Origin: Lama guanicoe
Taxonomy: Eukaryota
DNA: 60,000 bases
Assembly (NCBI GenBank): GCA_013239625.1
Contig: MU054187.1
Coordinates: 560,001 to 620,000 of the forward strand
Direction of reading: 5' to 3'
Part shown: positions 1 through 11,378 of the stretch, piece after piece
Layout of the letters: every line of letters starts with the position of its first letter
Numbering within the stretch: the stretch's first letter is position 1
The notes under the pieces: generated by a model
Databases searched by the model: none
Told to the model about the DNA's origin: nothing
The model's input: the letters and a program-made list of their open reading frames with translations, nothing else
Made by a program: the position numbers and the translations under genes

Positions 1-3000
1 CGATTCCTGCGGAGTTTCTGCGCATGTTTGCCTTTCTCCGTACTGGTTCCCACGGCGGCTGCACCAGTTTACATTCCCACCAGCAGATGGAAGACAAGTT
101 AGCATTTGTCTTTTTGATGGCAGCCATCTGACAGGTGTGAGGCGACGTCTCAGTGCAGTTTGATGTCCATTTCCTGGGTGATTCGTCATGGTGAGCGCCT
201 GGTGATGACCCTGCTGGACATTCGTATGTCTTCTTTGGAGAAGTGTCCACTTGGGCCCTTTGCCCACATTGCACTTGGGTTCTTTGCTTTTTGGCTGTTG
301 AGTTGTGTGAGCTCCCTGCATAGTTTGGATGTTAACCCCTTGTCAGAGACGTGGTGGGCAAATATTTTCTCCCACTCCACAGATGGCCGTTTCATTTTAT
401 TGGTGGTTTCCTTTGTTGTGCAGAAGCTTTTAGTTTAAGGTAATCCTACTTTATTTTATTTTATTTTCGCTTGTGTTTGCTTTTGGTGTCAAATTGAAAA
501 AAAAAATTGCCAAGACCAATGTCAGAGGACTTACTGTCTATGTTTTCCTCTAGGAATTTTATGGTTTCGGGTCTTACATTCGAGTCTTTGATCGTTCTGA
601 GTTCACTTTCGTGTTCACTGTAAGCCAGTGGTCCGGTTTCATTCTTCTGCACGTGACTTCCTAGAATTCCCATCGCCATTTATTGAAGACTCTTCTTTCC
701 GCCTTGTATGTTCTTGACTCCCTGACTCCCTCGTAAATTAATTAACAAGATATGCATCGGTTTTTTGGGGGGGCTATCCTGTTACATGGATCTATGTATC
801 TGTTTCTGTGCCAAACGCCGTAACAATTTTGATTTCTGTAGTTTTGTAATTAGTTTGTAATCGGGAAGCATGATGCCTCGAGGTTTGTTCTCAATTCCTA
901 AGATTACCTCGGCTACTTGCAGTCTCCTGTGATTCCATGTGAGTCTTAGGACTGTTTTTTCAATTTCTGTGAAAAATGCCAGGGTGGAATTTGGTAAGGG
1001 TTACGCTGAATCCGTAGATTGCTTTGGGTAGTAAGTACATTTTAACCATATTAAACCTTCCAGTCGATGACTAGGGAGTCTTTTCCCACTGACTTGTGTC
1101 TTTTTTAGTTTCTTTCATCAAAGGCTTGTATTTCAGTGTCCATGTCCTTCATCTCCTTGGTTCAGTTCATTCCCAAGGAGTATGTTTTTGGTGCTGTAAT
1201 AATTGAGGTTGTTTCCTTAACTGCTCTTTTTGATAGACCATTGTTAATGTACAGAATCACAGTGGTTTTTGCATGTTGCTTTGTATCTTGGGACTTGACT
1301 GAAGTTGTTTATTAGTTCTAAAGGGTTTTGGTGGAGTCCTCAGGGCTTTTAAAAAAGATAGATCATGTCATCTGCAAATAGAGGCGATTTTAATTCTTCC
1401 TTTCTGATTTGAACGCCTTTTGCTTCTTTTTCTTGCCTAATTGCTCTGGCCAGGACTTCCAGACTGTGTTGAATGAAAGTGATGGTGGGAACTCTCGTCT
1501 TGTTCTTGGCCTTGGAGGGAAAACCTCAGCCTTTCTTTGTTGAGGGTGAGGTTAGCCGTGGGCTGGTCACATGTGGCCTTTGCCGTGCTGGGTGCGGCGC
1601 CTCCAGGCCCAGTTTGTCGAGGGCTTTATTGTGGAAAGATGCTGTGATGCGGCGCCTGCTCCCCTTGGCCGTGGCGTCTGACCCTTTTGATGTGCTGTTG
1701 AGTTTGGTTAGCTCAGATGCCGCTGAAGATTTTTGCGTGTGTCCGTCAGGGACATCGGCCTGTGGTTTTCCCTTTGCCTGTAGCGTCCTCGTCTGGCTTG
1801 CGGTCAGGGTGTTGGTGGCCTCTCCAGAGTGAGCTTGGACGTGTCCTCTTCTCTGCCGGTTTTGGAGGAGTTTGAGAAGGGCTGCGTTAAGGTTTTAAAC
1901 ATTTGGTAGAGCTCACGTCTGGTCCTGGGTTTTTGTCTGCGGGGAGACTCTGGGATGCTGGTTCAATCTGCTTAGTCGTCAGGCTGTCTGCATGTTCTAC
2001 TTTTTCATGATTTAATCTTGATAGGACGTGTGTTGCTGGGGATTTACCCTTTCCTTTGGGGCTGTCCAGCCTGCCGGCGTGCGGTTTTCCGTGGCAGTCT
2101 CTCACGGTCCTTTGTGTTTATGCGCTTTCAGTCGTGCAGTCTCCTCGGTTGTCTGTAGTTTTATGGGCTTGAGTCCTCGTGCCTTCGTTTGTGCTAATTC
2201 CAGGCGAGGTTTGTCTGCCTCGTCTTTTCAAAACGCTGCTCCTAGTTTCACGTACTTCCCTCTGATGCCTATTATTTCCTTCTGTTGACTTTGGACTTAG
2301 CTCGCTTTTCTTCTCTTAGCTCTTCTGGGTATTAAAGTTGGACTGCTCGTTATTTCTTAACGTAGGTGTTTATCACTATAAACTTTCCCTTTAGAACTGC
2401 TTTTGCAGTTTTGGTATGTTGTGTTTCCTTCTTTGTTTGTCTCAAGATTTTTCTTTTAACGTTTTTTACACAGTCTGTATTTATTTTTTCACACTTTGAC
2501 TTTTTTTTCCTTTCTTAAGATTGAAATATAGTCAGTTGATAGTGTTGCGTCAATTTGTGGTGCACAGCACAATGTTTCAGTCATACGTGCAAATGTATAT
2601 TCGTTTCCATATTCTTCTTCATCATAGGTGACTACAAGATACTGAATATGGTTCCCTGTGCTGCACAGTAGAAACTTGTTGTTTACCTGGTTTTGTGAGG
2701 ATTTCCTTGTATTTCTGATTGTGAGAGATGTTCTGCCAAAGTTCAGTGGGTGTCCCGTGAGCGTTGCTCCGTGTGTAGATGTGGTTTTTGATGCATTTGT
2801 GGGAGAGGGTGAGCTACACATCTTTCTACTCCACCATCTTGGCATCTCCCTCTGTCTCAGGATTTTAAAAAGACTTCTCTTTCGATGTCTTCTTTGACCC
2901 GTCGGCTGCTCAGGAGCACGTCATTTCATCACCACGTGTTTGTGAGTTTTCTAGTTTTCTTCCTGTAATTGAGATGTAGCTTTCTACCATGGTGGTCAGA

Positions 3001-3605
3001 ACAGGTGCTTGATGTGATCTCAGTCTTAATAAATGTTAACTTGTTAGGGCTTGTCTTGTGGCCTAACAGGATCTGTCCTGGAGAATGTCCCACGTGTCCT
3101 GAAAGAGCACATGTCCTGCTGATACTGGACGGGGTGTTCTGCACACGTCTGTTAGGTCTGTCTGATCTAGCAGGTAACTTATGTCCTGTGTTTTCTTACT
3201 GGTTTTCTGTCTGTCAACGAGCTGCTGTTGAAAAGGGGGTATGACATCCTCTGTAGTTGCTGTACTTCTGATGCTTGCTCCCTTCACATCCGTTAAAATT
3301 TGCCTTGTGCATTTAGATGTTCCTAAACTGGGTGCAGAAACATTTAGTAAAGTTGCACCTCACTGAGGAATTGACCCCTTTATCATGACCTTCCTACATC
3401 AGGACCTTCTTTACCTCCAGTTATAGTCTTTGGTGTTGAAGTCTATCTGTCTGTTGTACATACAGTTTCTCTTGCTTCCCTTCGGTTTCCTTTGCGTGGA
3501 GGGTCTTTCCTCACTTCTTCGCTGCCTGTCTCGGTGTGTCCTTAAAGCTGCGGTGAGTTTCTTGTGGGTGGCAGATGTTGGATCTTGTTTTCTTATCTTA
3601 TTCTT
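1..3605 (-). mobile_element. Decayed LINE-1, ORF2 region (endonuclease through C-terminal domain), running off the window start and interrupted by an insert at 2452-2852
   Basis: Minus-strand peptides match L1 ORF2p. 2929-3144 gives LGHKTSPNK...SDHHGRKL..NYRKK...TNTW (endonuclease end). 1887-2105 gives LSRLNHE...LPADKNPGPD (Z/RT start). 461-679 gives IKDSNVRPETIKFLEENI. 186-395 gives EWEKIFAHHVSDKGLTSK...HFSKEDIRM. Many stops and frameshifts. Confidence 0.95.
2452..2852 (-). mobile_element. Short bipartite L1-derived retrocopy (L1 5'UTR ~166 bp + L1 3' end ~170 bp + A-rich tail) nested in the older L1
   Basis: Flanked by the direct repeat TGTCTCA(A/G)GATTTT at 2438-2451 and 2853-2866. The minus strand starts GAGGGAGATGCCAAGATGGTGGAGTAG, like an L1 5'UTR start. 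The 3' part matches the other L1 3' ends in the window (18362, 20480, 52345). Confidence 0.8.
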
Positions 3606-6600
3606 ATGTAGGGGCTTTCCCTTCTGCGTTTTGGAGTATTTGTGGAGAAATGGGCCCTTTCGATTTCAGTAATTCAGGGAGCTGAGAAAGAAGGGCTCTG
3701 GCCGAGAAGCAGCAGATTGAAACCCACAAAGTGGGCTGAATGGCCAATTCTTTCTTGTAATTTCCTGAGCTAAGTAATGAGCGAAAGGGAAACAAGTGGT
3801 GTGCAAACAGTGAAAACCGACTGGATTTGAGGTTTCTGCCCCTCTGATTTAATAACCAGTAATCCAAACAGTTATCATTTGGGGAAGTAGGGAAGTGATA
3901 CTATAGGAATAAACGCTTTCTCCGGCCGGAGTCCTTTGTCCCTGAGCTGCGGCGCTGAGAGCCCCGGCTGGGTGTGGTGCACTCTGACCCCCAGCGCAGG
4001 GACAGAGACCCTTTGAGTCCCTGTGTCCCATGAAGAGGAGAAACTCAGGAAGTGTTTTCTAGAGGCTGGGAATCTGAGTCCAAACCACCCCCAGGTCGTC
4101 TTTTTAGGGCTTTTTTCAAAGTGAAGAATAGACTTGCTTTTACCTTTCACTCACTGATTTTTATTTTGTCTATGAAAATGACTTTTTGAATGAAGACTCT
4201 GTGCTAGAGTGGTTATGAGTCAGTCTCCAAATCCAGGCCTGTCATCAGTGTAACCTGCAAGATTCAGGCCATGCTGGAAAGTGGCAAAGCCTCTGGACGC
4301 AGGCTGGCTTTCTCCTCCTGTGTCCTCCTCCCCAGCCCAGCGTGCAGCCAGGAGACAGCTCCGACAGCTGCATGGGCAGCCCTGGGCTTCCGCTCCGCCT
4401 CCAGCCCAGTGGCAGTCCCCGCGGGCTGGCCGTCTGCAGCTGTGGAGGAGGCAGATTGCCGTCGACTTCACGTCCTGTTGGACTTTCTGAGCTGTGAAAG
4501 GACACATTCAGGGCCTTCTGTGACTCAGGCCCGGTGCCTGCGTCCCTCCGAGGGCCAGGCCGATGCGCCGACTCCCTGCGCGCCCTGGTCGCCGGGAGCA
4601 GCGCCGCCGGCTCAGAGCCTCAGGGTGCAGCACGGGTCTGCTGGGCCACATGGTGGTGTGGCGCCCCACGGGTCGTTTCAGCTCCGTTTCTGTTTTGTTG
4701 TTTTACGTTTGCGCGAACCTAAGAAGCAGCTGTTGACCTGACACGTGACCTGAAACCAGGATGCTTTCGGTTCTGTCCAGAACGTCTTTCTGTCACTCAT
4801 GCCTGTGTCTGTTTGACAAGTACTTAAAAGCACAGAATAGAAGCGGGTCCCGTGCTGTGCGTCAGGGCTGTGCAGGTGGGCAAGACCACGTCCTGGGTGT
4901 GCAGGCTGGGGAGGGGGTGTGGGTGGGCACAGCTGCCAGCAAGACCAGGTCAGAAGCCACAGAGGGTGAGAAGGGTGGACAGACCTGCACGCGGCACCCC
5001 CGGGCTGTGAGCGGGGAGCGGAGGGCGGGTCAGAGTGTGGCCAGTGGGAGACAGCTGGGCCGGAGGTCGGGTCGGGAGGACGGGGACTGAGGGCCAGGCG
5101 GTCGTGGGGGTGGGGTCGGGGGGGCTCTCCGGCTCTGGCTCCTGCGGTCAGGGGCGCTTTGGATGGGACATGGGCGGTGCCCGTGGGACAGCTATGTGTC
5201 CGGGGAGGGTTGTATATGAAGTCCTGGAGCTGAACGTTCAGGTGCAAGTTATGGTCTCACGCTCGGGTGTTTCCCATCTGTGGACAGTAAATAAAACCCC
5301 GTATGGGCAGGACTAGGGGTGGAGTATTTTTGATTAAAGTCCTCCTCCATACATGTGAGGCGAGAAGCGTGAACACTGCCCATGCCTCCCTGTGCTGTGT
5401 GACCCGCACTGACAGCCCTTCGAGTGCTTGTCCTACCAATGAAATGGTCCACCAGGCCCCTTCACAGCTGCTAAGATCTCTAAGGGGGAGAAAATGTCTG
5501 TCCCAAAGCTGCACATGCTGAGATCTTTGCTGTCCAGTCCGCAGCCTGAACTGAGGAGTGAGGAACCTGTACGTGTGTCCCGCCGACCGCGTGGTGTGCC
5601 CCTGCCCTCGCCAGGGAGCATCTGATCTGCCTGTGACTTTCGAATCTGCTTTAAAACTGAGAAACAGTAAACAAAACAAAATGTGCCTGGCAGCTAATGC
5701 GCAACTGGACTAGAAACACACAGAGAAGGAAAGAGGAGGTAGGCTGGCCGAGTCTGGCCTCCTCAGGGGCCCCTCCATGAGCCAGACTCCCTTCTCAGTT
5801 CTGGTCCTTCCCTGCAGGAGGAGCACCGCACACCGGGATCCAGCCCAACCTTTCCTGTGGCAGGGAGCCTCCTTCATCACCTTTGCAAGGAGATAAGCTC
5901 CCTTTGCTGAGATAGGGATGAAGGTTCTGCTTAAAGGCGCCTCTTGAGAAAACTGGTTTTGGTTTTCCTGCGAATGTTTGCCCTCTCCAGAGTCCGGGTG
6001 TGCCCTGTGCACAGAGCAGGGCTCCGAGGGACGGATCATGGTTCCTGCTGTGAAATGAGCTAACCTTGGGTCGAGAAGTGTAAATAAATACCCAGGCCCA
6101 CGGGCTCGACTCAGCCCTGAGATGACTGAACTGCGCGTGGACAGGGTTGCAAAACCCCCAAGCTTGCACAGCCACTAAGGGAGCCCGGTGAACAAACCCG
6201 CGGGACGGTGCACGGCCCTGCTCCCTCCCCTCCTCACCGCTGGCCTCAGTTCTGTCTCAGGCCACACCGATACCCAGGGTTTACAACGAGGAGTTTGGAG
6301 CAGAAGAAGAAACACCGATCATACTAATCTTGGGGTCGCAAATCGCTTCTTTGGGGGTCACACAGACTTCTCTGTGAGAGTTGATGGCAGGGTGTCTGTC
6401 TGTGCGCCGGCCCCTGGGCATGGCCGTCTCAGATCTGGTTGAGAATCTGGACGCGCTAGTCTGCCCCCAAAGAGCTGTGGTTCCCAGTGGGTGTGGGTCC
6501 TTTCCCTGCTACCCTGAGCACAGGGCTGGGTGCTCAACACACTTTTGGGTCCTGGACCCCCATCAGGTTGGACACGGAGAGCCTGTTACCTGGGCTCAGG

Positions 6601-9189
6601 GGCACGTGGGTCAGATCCAAGTCACTGCGCTGAAACTGAGAAGAACAGAGTCGCTGGACTGTTAGGGGGTGATTCCACTCGGGCCGGGGCCGCAGATGGA
6701 AGGAGCTTGCAGGGATGGGTGGACAGGGGGAACCGGTGTCACTGAGGCACCGAGGGAGCAGGGAGGGGAGCGGGGCTCTGGTCCGGATGTGGGACGTCAG
6801 TCAGTCCCTCAGGATGAATCGGCACTGCGGACCCGTTTCTGGAACACAAAGCAGGAAGCATTGCTCAGGTGCCTCCGGGAGATCCTGCCCCACGTTGTCA
6901 TCGTCTTCCCCACAAAGGACGGTTTGTTAAACACAGAAATCGTTTTCCGGCTAAGCCAAGACTCTGCATATTTTGTTCCTTGAAACTTAAATTCTTCGCG
7001 GTGCTGTAAACTGCTTGTGATTGACTCTCTCACGTGAGAACGGAAAGGCGGTTTTGAAGAGGACCACATCTGGAGCAGCAGCTCCTGTGCTGGAACAGTG
7101 CTTCCATTTGCTGAGATGTTTGTGGCCGCGGTGAAAGGGTCATCATCTGACGCGAAGCCGTGACCCCCGTCGGGCGCATCTGGAGGTGGCTCTTCTGGGT
7201 GATAAAGGTCTGATCTGCTTACATCATCAGAAGGAGACCCCAAAACCCGGCACCCAGCACAGCTCAGTGACCTTCAGAGAAGAGCCACACCTCAGGGTGT
7301 TTAAGTTTCTGGGTGTGCATTTAACTGTTCAGGAGTAAAGCTGACTTTCTAAGTAGCAAAATCATTTTCACACAATGTAACTTCCCTACTGAAAAGCTTT
7401 CACCATTATTTTTCCGAAGGGATTTCATAACCAGATTAAATTATAGAAACTCTTGATTTGAGGCAGCTGTTTTTTTGGAAAAAGTTCCCAAATATTTTTA
7501 CATTAGAAGAACTCATGAAGCAAGACATGGAAGGATGAGTTCTGGGAAGAGGAGAACAAATCCTAGGTTTGGAACAGGGAAGCATTTGTGTCCCACTTGA
7601 CCTGTGAGCAGGACTGAAATAATTCAGGTGTAATTTCTCATCCAACATAGGGCATTAAGTCCCACAGCCCAGAGGCTGTCACCAGAGTTACAGACGGCCA
7701 TGGCAGGGCGTGGGAGCCCAGAGCCCATACCTGGGCAGCTCAGCCCTGTGGCCTCCCTGGAGGGCTGGCGTGACCTCCTCTTCCCGCTGTCCTCACAGCC
7801 CTGTGGGGCCTGCATCATTGCTTCCATTGGGGAAGTGAGGACGTGGAGCCTCAGGGCTGGGAGGGCGGCATGGAGACATGGGGGGTGTGCGGCTCAGTTT
7901 CTTACTCCAGACCCAGAGCTCGTCCCACCCCTGGGGTTTGGCTCAGGGAGGAATGCCTCTGACCTTTGTAATGGGCTATTGTGACTGAAGATGTAAATGA
8001 CAGTTTGAAGTAATGAAGGAACAGATGTCTGCCTTTCACAGTGAACGGGGCAGACGACAGCTGTTACCTGAGAGCCGAGGAAACAGGAATGTTGTTTCTT
8101 TATCTAGAAAGTGGTTGGCTCGCTAACACCCAAGAGGGTAAGTCACCCGGCCAGAAGTGATGAGTGTGAGGAGAGAGGGGCCATCCTGATTCGGACACTG
8201 TAGTCCCTGGGCTGCCCACCTGTCTTAATCACAAACTTGGGTGAGGGGCGGCGAGGCCAGGTGCAGATCCGGAGGGAGGAAGCTGGTGTTTGCACTTTGA
8301 TTGGACTCAGTTACCTGGAGGGAGTGCCTGTGTTGTGGCTTTTGTGGGAAACACCTGGCCAGGCGGAGCGGCAGGCTGAGGACTGGCAAGTTTGGTGATT
8401 CCAGTGGGCCCTGGGGCGTAGGTGCCTGGTGCCTGGCCCTGGGGGCTGAGGGCGGGCGGGACAGCCTAGAGGAGGGGCTGGGAGTGGACTGACCTGAGGA
8501 CTGGCTGCAGATGCTTTCAGGACGCTGTGTTGTGTCACCCCCGGCTCCGCCCCACACACTCCTCCCGTGCACGCGCAGACTGGTGACGCTGCCTCCTGCT
8601 TCTCTCCGACTCCTTCCGACGGACGGACGAGCCAGGGTGCCCAAGACCAGCCCTGGGAGCCGGCATCCGCCGCTGCCTGGAGTTTGTGCACCCCTCTCGC
8701 CTCCTCCCCCGCACCCTGCAACCCCCGGGGGCCAGGGCAATGAGGACTGACAAACATGAAACAGAATTGCTTTCCCGGTGAAACAGGCTAATGTACTTGG
8801 TTGCCAAATGAAAGTGTTAGAGGTTCAGAAATATAGCTTTCTGATTGGCTGAAGGTTGTGGCAACGAGGGGAAGGAGAGGAGGCAGGCCTAGGGCTGACC
8901 AGGGGAGGTGTGGGGAGGCCTCCCACACCCCATCTTCTGCAGTCCTGCAGATTGGGCCAGGATGCTCGGGGTGGGGGGCATCCCGGCTTCCTTTATGATC
9001 CCCTCATCCCAGCCCATCCACTTATGCACCCCACGTGGAGTGATTTTTCAGGTGCGGCAGGCACCGTGAACTGAACCGTGAACAAGGCAGCATCTGCACC
9101 GAGCGGTCCGCGTCTGGAGGGGCACAGCACAGCAGTGCTGGCCGGGAGGGCGTGGGCCTCCCAGGAGGTGGACCCAGGCTGTCCTGGGG

Positions 9190-9700
9190 GCTGGCGCACC
9201 TCAGCTGGGTGACAGGGAGAATAGCTCGGGTCAGGCCACCTGGGAGGGAAATGGTGGTGACAGAGGAAGCGCTTGCCCTGTGCTTGGGGCCTGGGGACGG
9301 TGTGGGTGGTGGGGCTGCAGGGAAGGTTCAGCGGGTCAGGACGGACTGCAGGTCAGAGGGGAGCTCTGCAGAGCTGGTGGGGTAGTAGGCGGAGTGGAGG
9401 GTGAGGAGGTTAGTTTGGGAAATCTTGGGCTGCAGTCCGTGCGAGGCACCCCAAGAGGGGGATGCTGGCAGATGTTTCCAGATTCAGGACCAGAACCTAA
9501 GAACGAGGCTTGGGCTGGAAATGTAAGTGCGGGTGTCATAAGTGTGAAGATAAGGGACGCTTTTGTGTAAGTTTCCCAGGCAAGGGTGAGAAGGGAAGTG
9601 GACCAGGGAGGGGAAGGCCCTAGAGACCCGCGGTGGGAGGCAGGGAGCAGCGGCCTGAAGAGGGGACAGCGGCCTGAAGAGGGGACAGCCGAGACCTCAG
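9190..9700 (-). mobile_element. LINE-2 fragment (RT region)
   Basis: The reverse complement of ~9510-9552 reads YLHTYDTRTYISSP, resembling the L2 RT motif HLYADDSQIYISSP. The surrounding purine-rich plus strand is typical of antisense L2. Confidence 0.55.
9648..9689. repeat. Perfect 19-bp tandem duplication (CAGCGGCCTGAAGAGGGGA x2.2)
   Basis: Read directly from the sequence. Confidence 0.9.
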
Positions 9701-9774
9701 CTGTCACAGGGGGTCAGCTGACACTTCCTCTTTCCCTGTGAATGTATGTCTCTTTGTATTACTTTCTGCTTAGA

Positions 9775-9853
9775 GTCTTCCTCCCTCCCTCCTTCCCTTC
9801 TTCCTTCTCTCCTCCTCCCTCCCTCCCTCCCTCTCTTTTTCTTTCTCTTCTTT
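9775..9853. repeat. CT-rich polypyrimidine simple repeat (CCCT/CTTC)n
   Basis: Almost pure C/T tract. Confidence 0.9.
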
Positions 9854-10499
9854 TAATGCATGCTCCCGTTGGTTATTCTGAGGTTGTTCACAAAGGGAGC
9901 CCAGGAGACAGCAAGGTCTGTCACCAGATCTTGAATTCTGGAGAATTTAGTTTTCCTTCCTTCCTAAAAATTTATTGAAAGAACAATAGCAAAACGGATG
10001 ATTTTGTGGAATAAAGTACGAATCAGTTTGGGTGAAGGTTCCCATAGTTTCTTGTTTGATAAAACCAGGGGGTGGAATGCGGCTCAGGAGAATGTTTTCT
10101 TAGTAACCAAGAATCGGAATTAAAGGGCTGAGTTGATCCCAAGGAAATCCAACTTTATTTTCCCTCCTTCTCCCCACCCCCCACGAAGAGTTCATTCATT
10201 ATAGAACTTCTTTGTAAAGTGATCTTTGTGTTCTTTTGAGCTCGAAATTATACTCAAATGTTCTTCTGGAATGTTTTCGTTTTCCTTTAAAATAATAAAT
10301 TTATTGACTCTCTGGAACTAAACTAAATTAGGCAGCACGGCTGGGGGGCGGGAGTGGGGAGGGGAGAAGCTGGCCGTCACTCCCCTGGGGTTGCTGGGAT
10401 TGCTGCGGTTGTGACCGGGGCAAGTCTGCCCTGGTTGCTGCTCTGGCCAGGTGCCTGGATGGGCTGTGCTTTGCTTCAGACCCCCAGAGCCCCCTCGCC

Positions 10500-10670
10500 A
10501 GCTGTGAGCTGGGCAAGTCCACTCTTTAACCTCTTGATGCTTTAGCTTTTCATCTGTGAAACGGGGACAGTAATGATGTCTAGTCCACAGGATTGTTGGG
10601 AAGGTTACATGAGAAGACACGTAATAAATGCCCAGCATGTAAGGATGCTCAGAGACTGCGGCTGTTTTAT
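10500..10670 (+). mobile_element. MIR SINE (core and 3' part)
   Basis: CTGTGAGCTGGGCAAGT...TTTTCATCTGTGAAACGGGGACAGTAATGATG...GGATTGTTGGGAAGGTTACATGAG matches the MIR core. Confidence 0.8.
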
Positions 10671-10880
10671 TAAAGCAAGGAGGCCCCTGAAAGGCTCCTG
10701 GGGGAGGCACATCTGTCACGGGGAAAATGCAGCCTGTGAAGCATCACGTTCTAAAACTGTGCTGTTTGCAAAAAACCAAAGTCTGGCCAAGATGAGCTCT
10801 TTTGTCTTTATGTGAAGGTGGAAAACAACAGGGACCCTGGGGATTTGGCTTCTGATGAGGGAAGGGCTGCCTTCAAAATG

Positions 10881-11378
10881 CCCTGCATTGCCTGCACCAT
10901 CTGTACCACCTGCACCACCTGCATCCCCTGCACCACCTGCATCCCCTGCACCACCTGCACCACCTGCATTCCCTGCCTCCCCCGCGTCCCCCCCCCCACC
11001 TGCACCCCCCCCAGCCCCTCCACCCCCCGCACCCCCNNNNNNNNNNNNNNNNNNNNNNNNNNNNNNNNNNNNNNNNNNNNNNNNNNNNNNNNNNNNNNNN
11101 NNNNNNNNNNNNNNNNNNNNNNNNNNNNNNNNNNNNNNNNNNNNNNNNNNNNNNNNNNNNNNNNNNNNNNNNNNNNNNNNNNNNNNNNNNNNNNNNNNNN
11201 NNNNNNNNNNNNNNNNNNNNNNNNNNNNNNNNNNNNNNNNNNNNNNNNNNNNNNNNNNNNNNNNCCCCTGCATCCCCTGCACCACCTGCACCCCCTGCAT
11301 CCCCTGCATCCCCTGCACCCCCTGCATCCCCTGCATCCCCTGCACCCCCTGCATCCCCTGCACCACTTCACCACCTGC
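10881..11378. repeat. 9-bp minisatellite (CCTGCA[T/C]C[A/C])n spanning an assembly gap
   Basis: Repeating cctgcacca/cctgcatcc units on both sides of the N run 11037-11264. Confidence 0.95.
11037..11264. other. Assembly gap (N run)
   Basis: Run of Ns. Confidence 1.
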
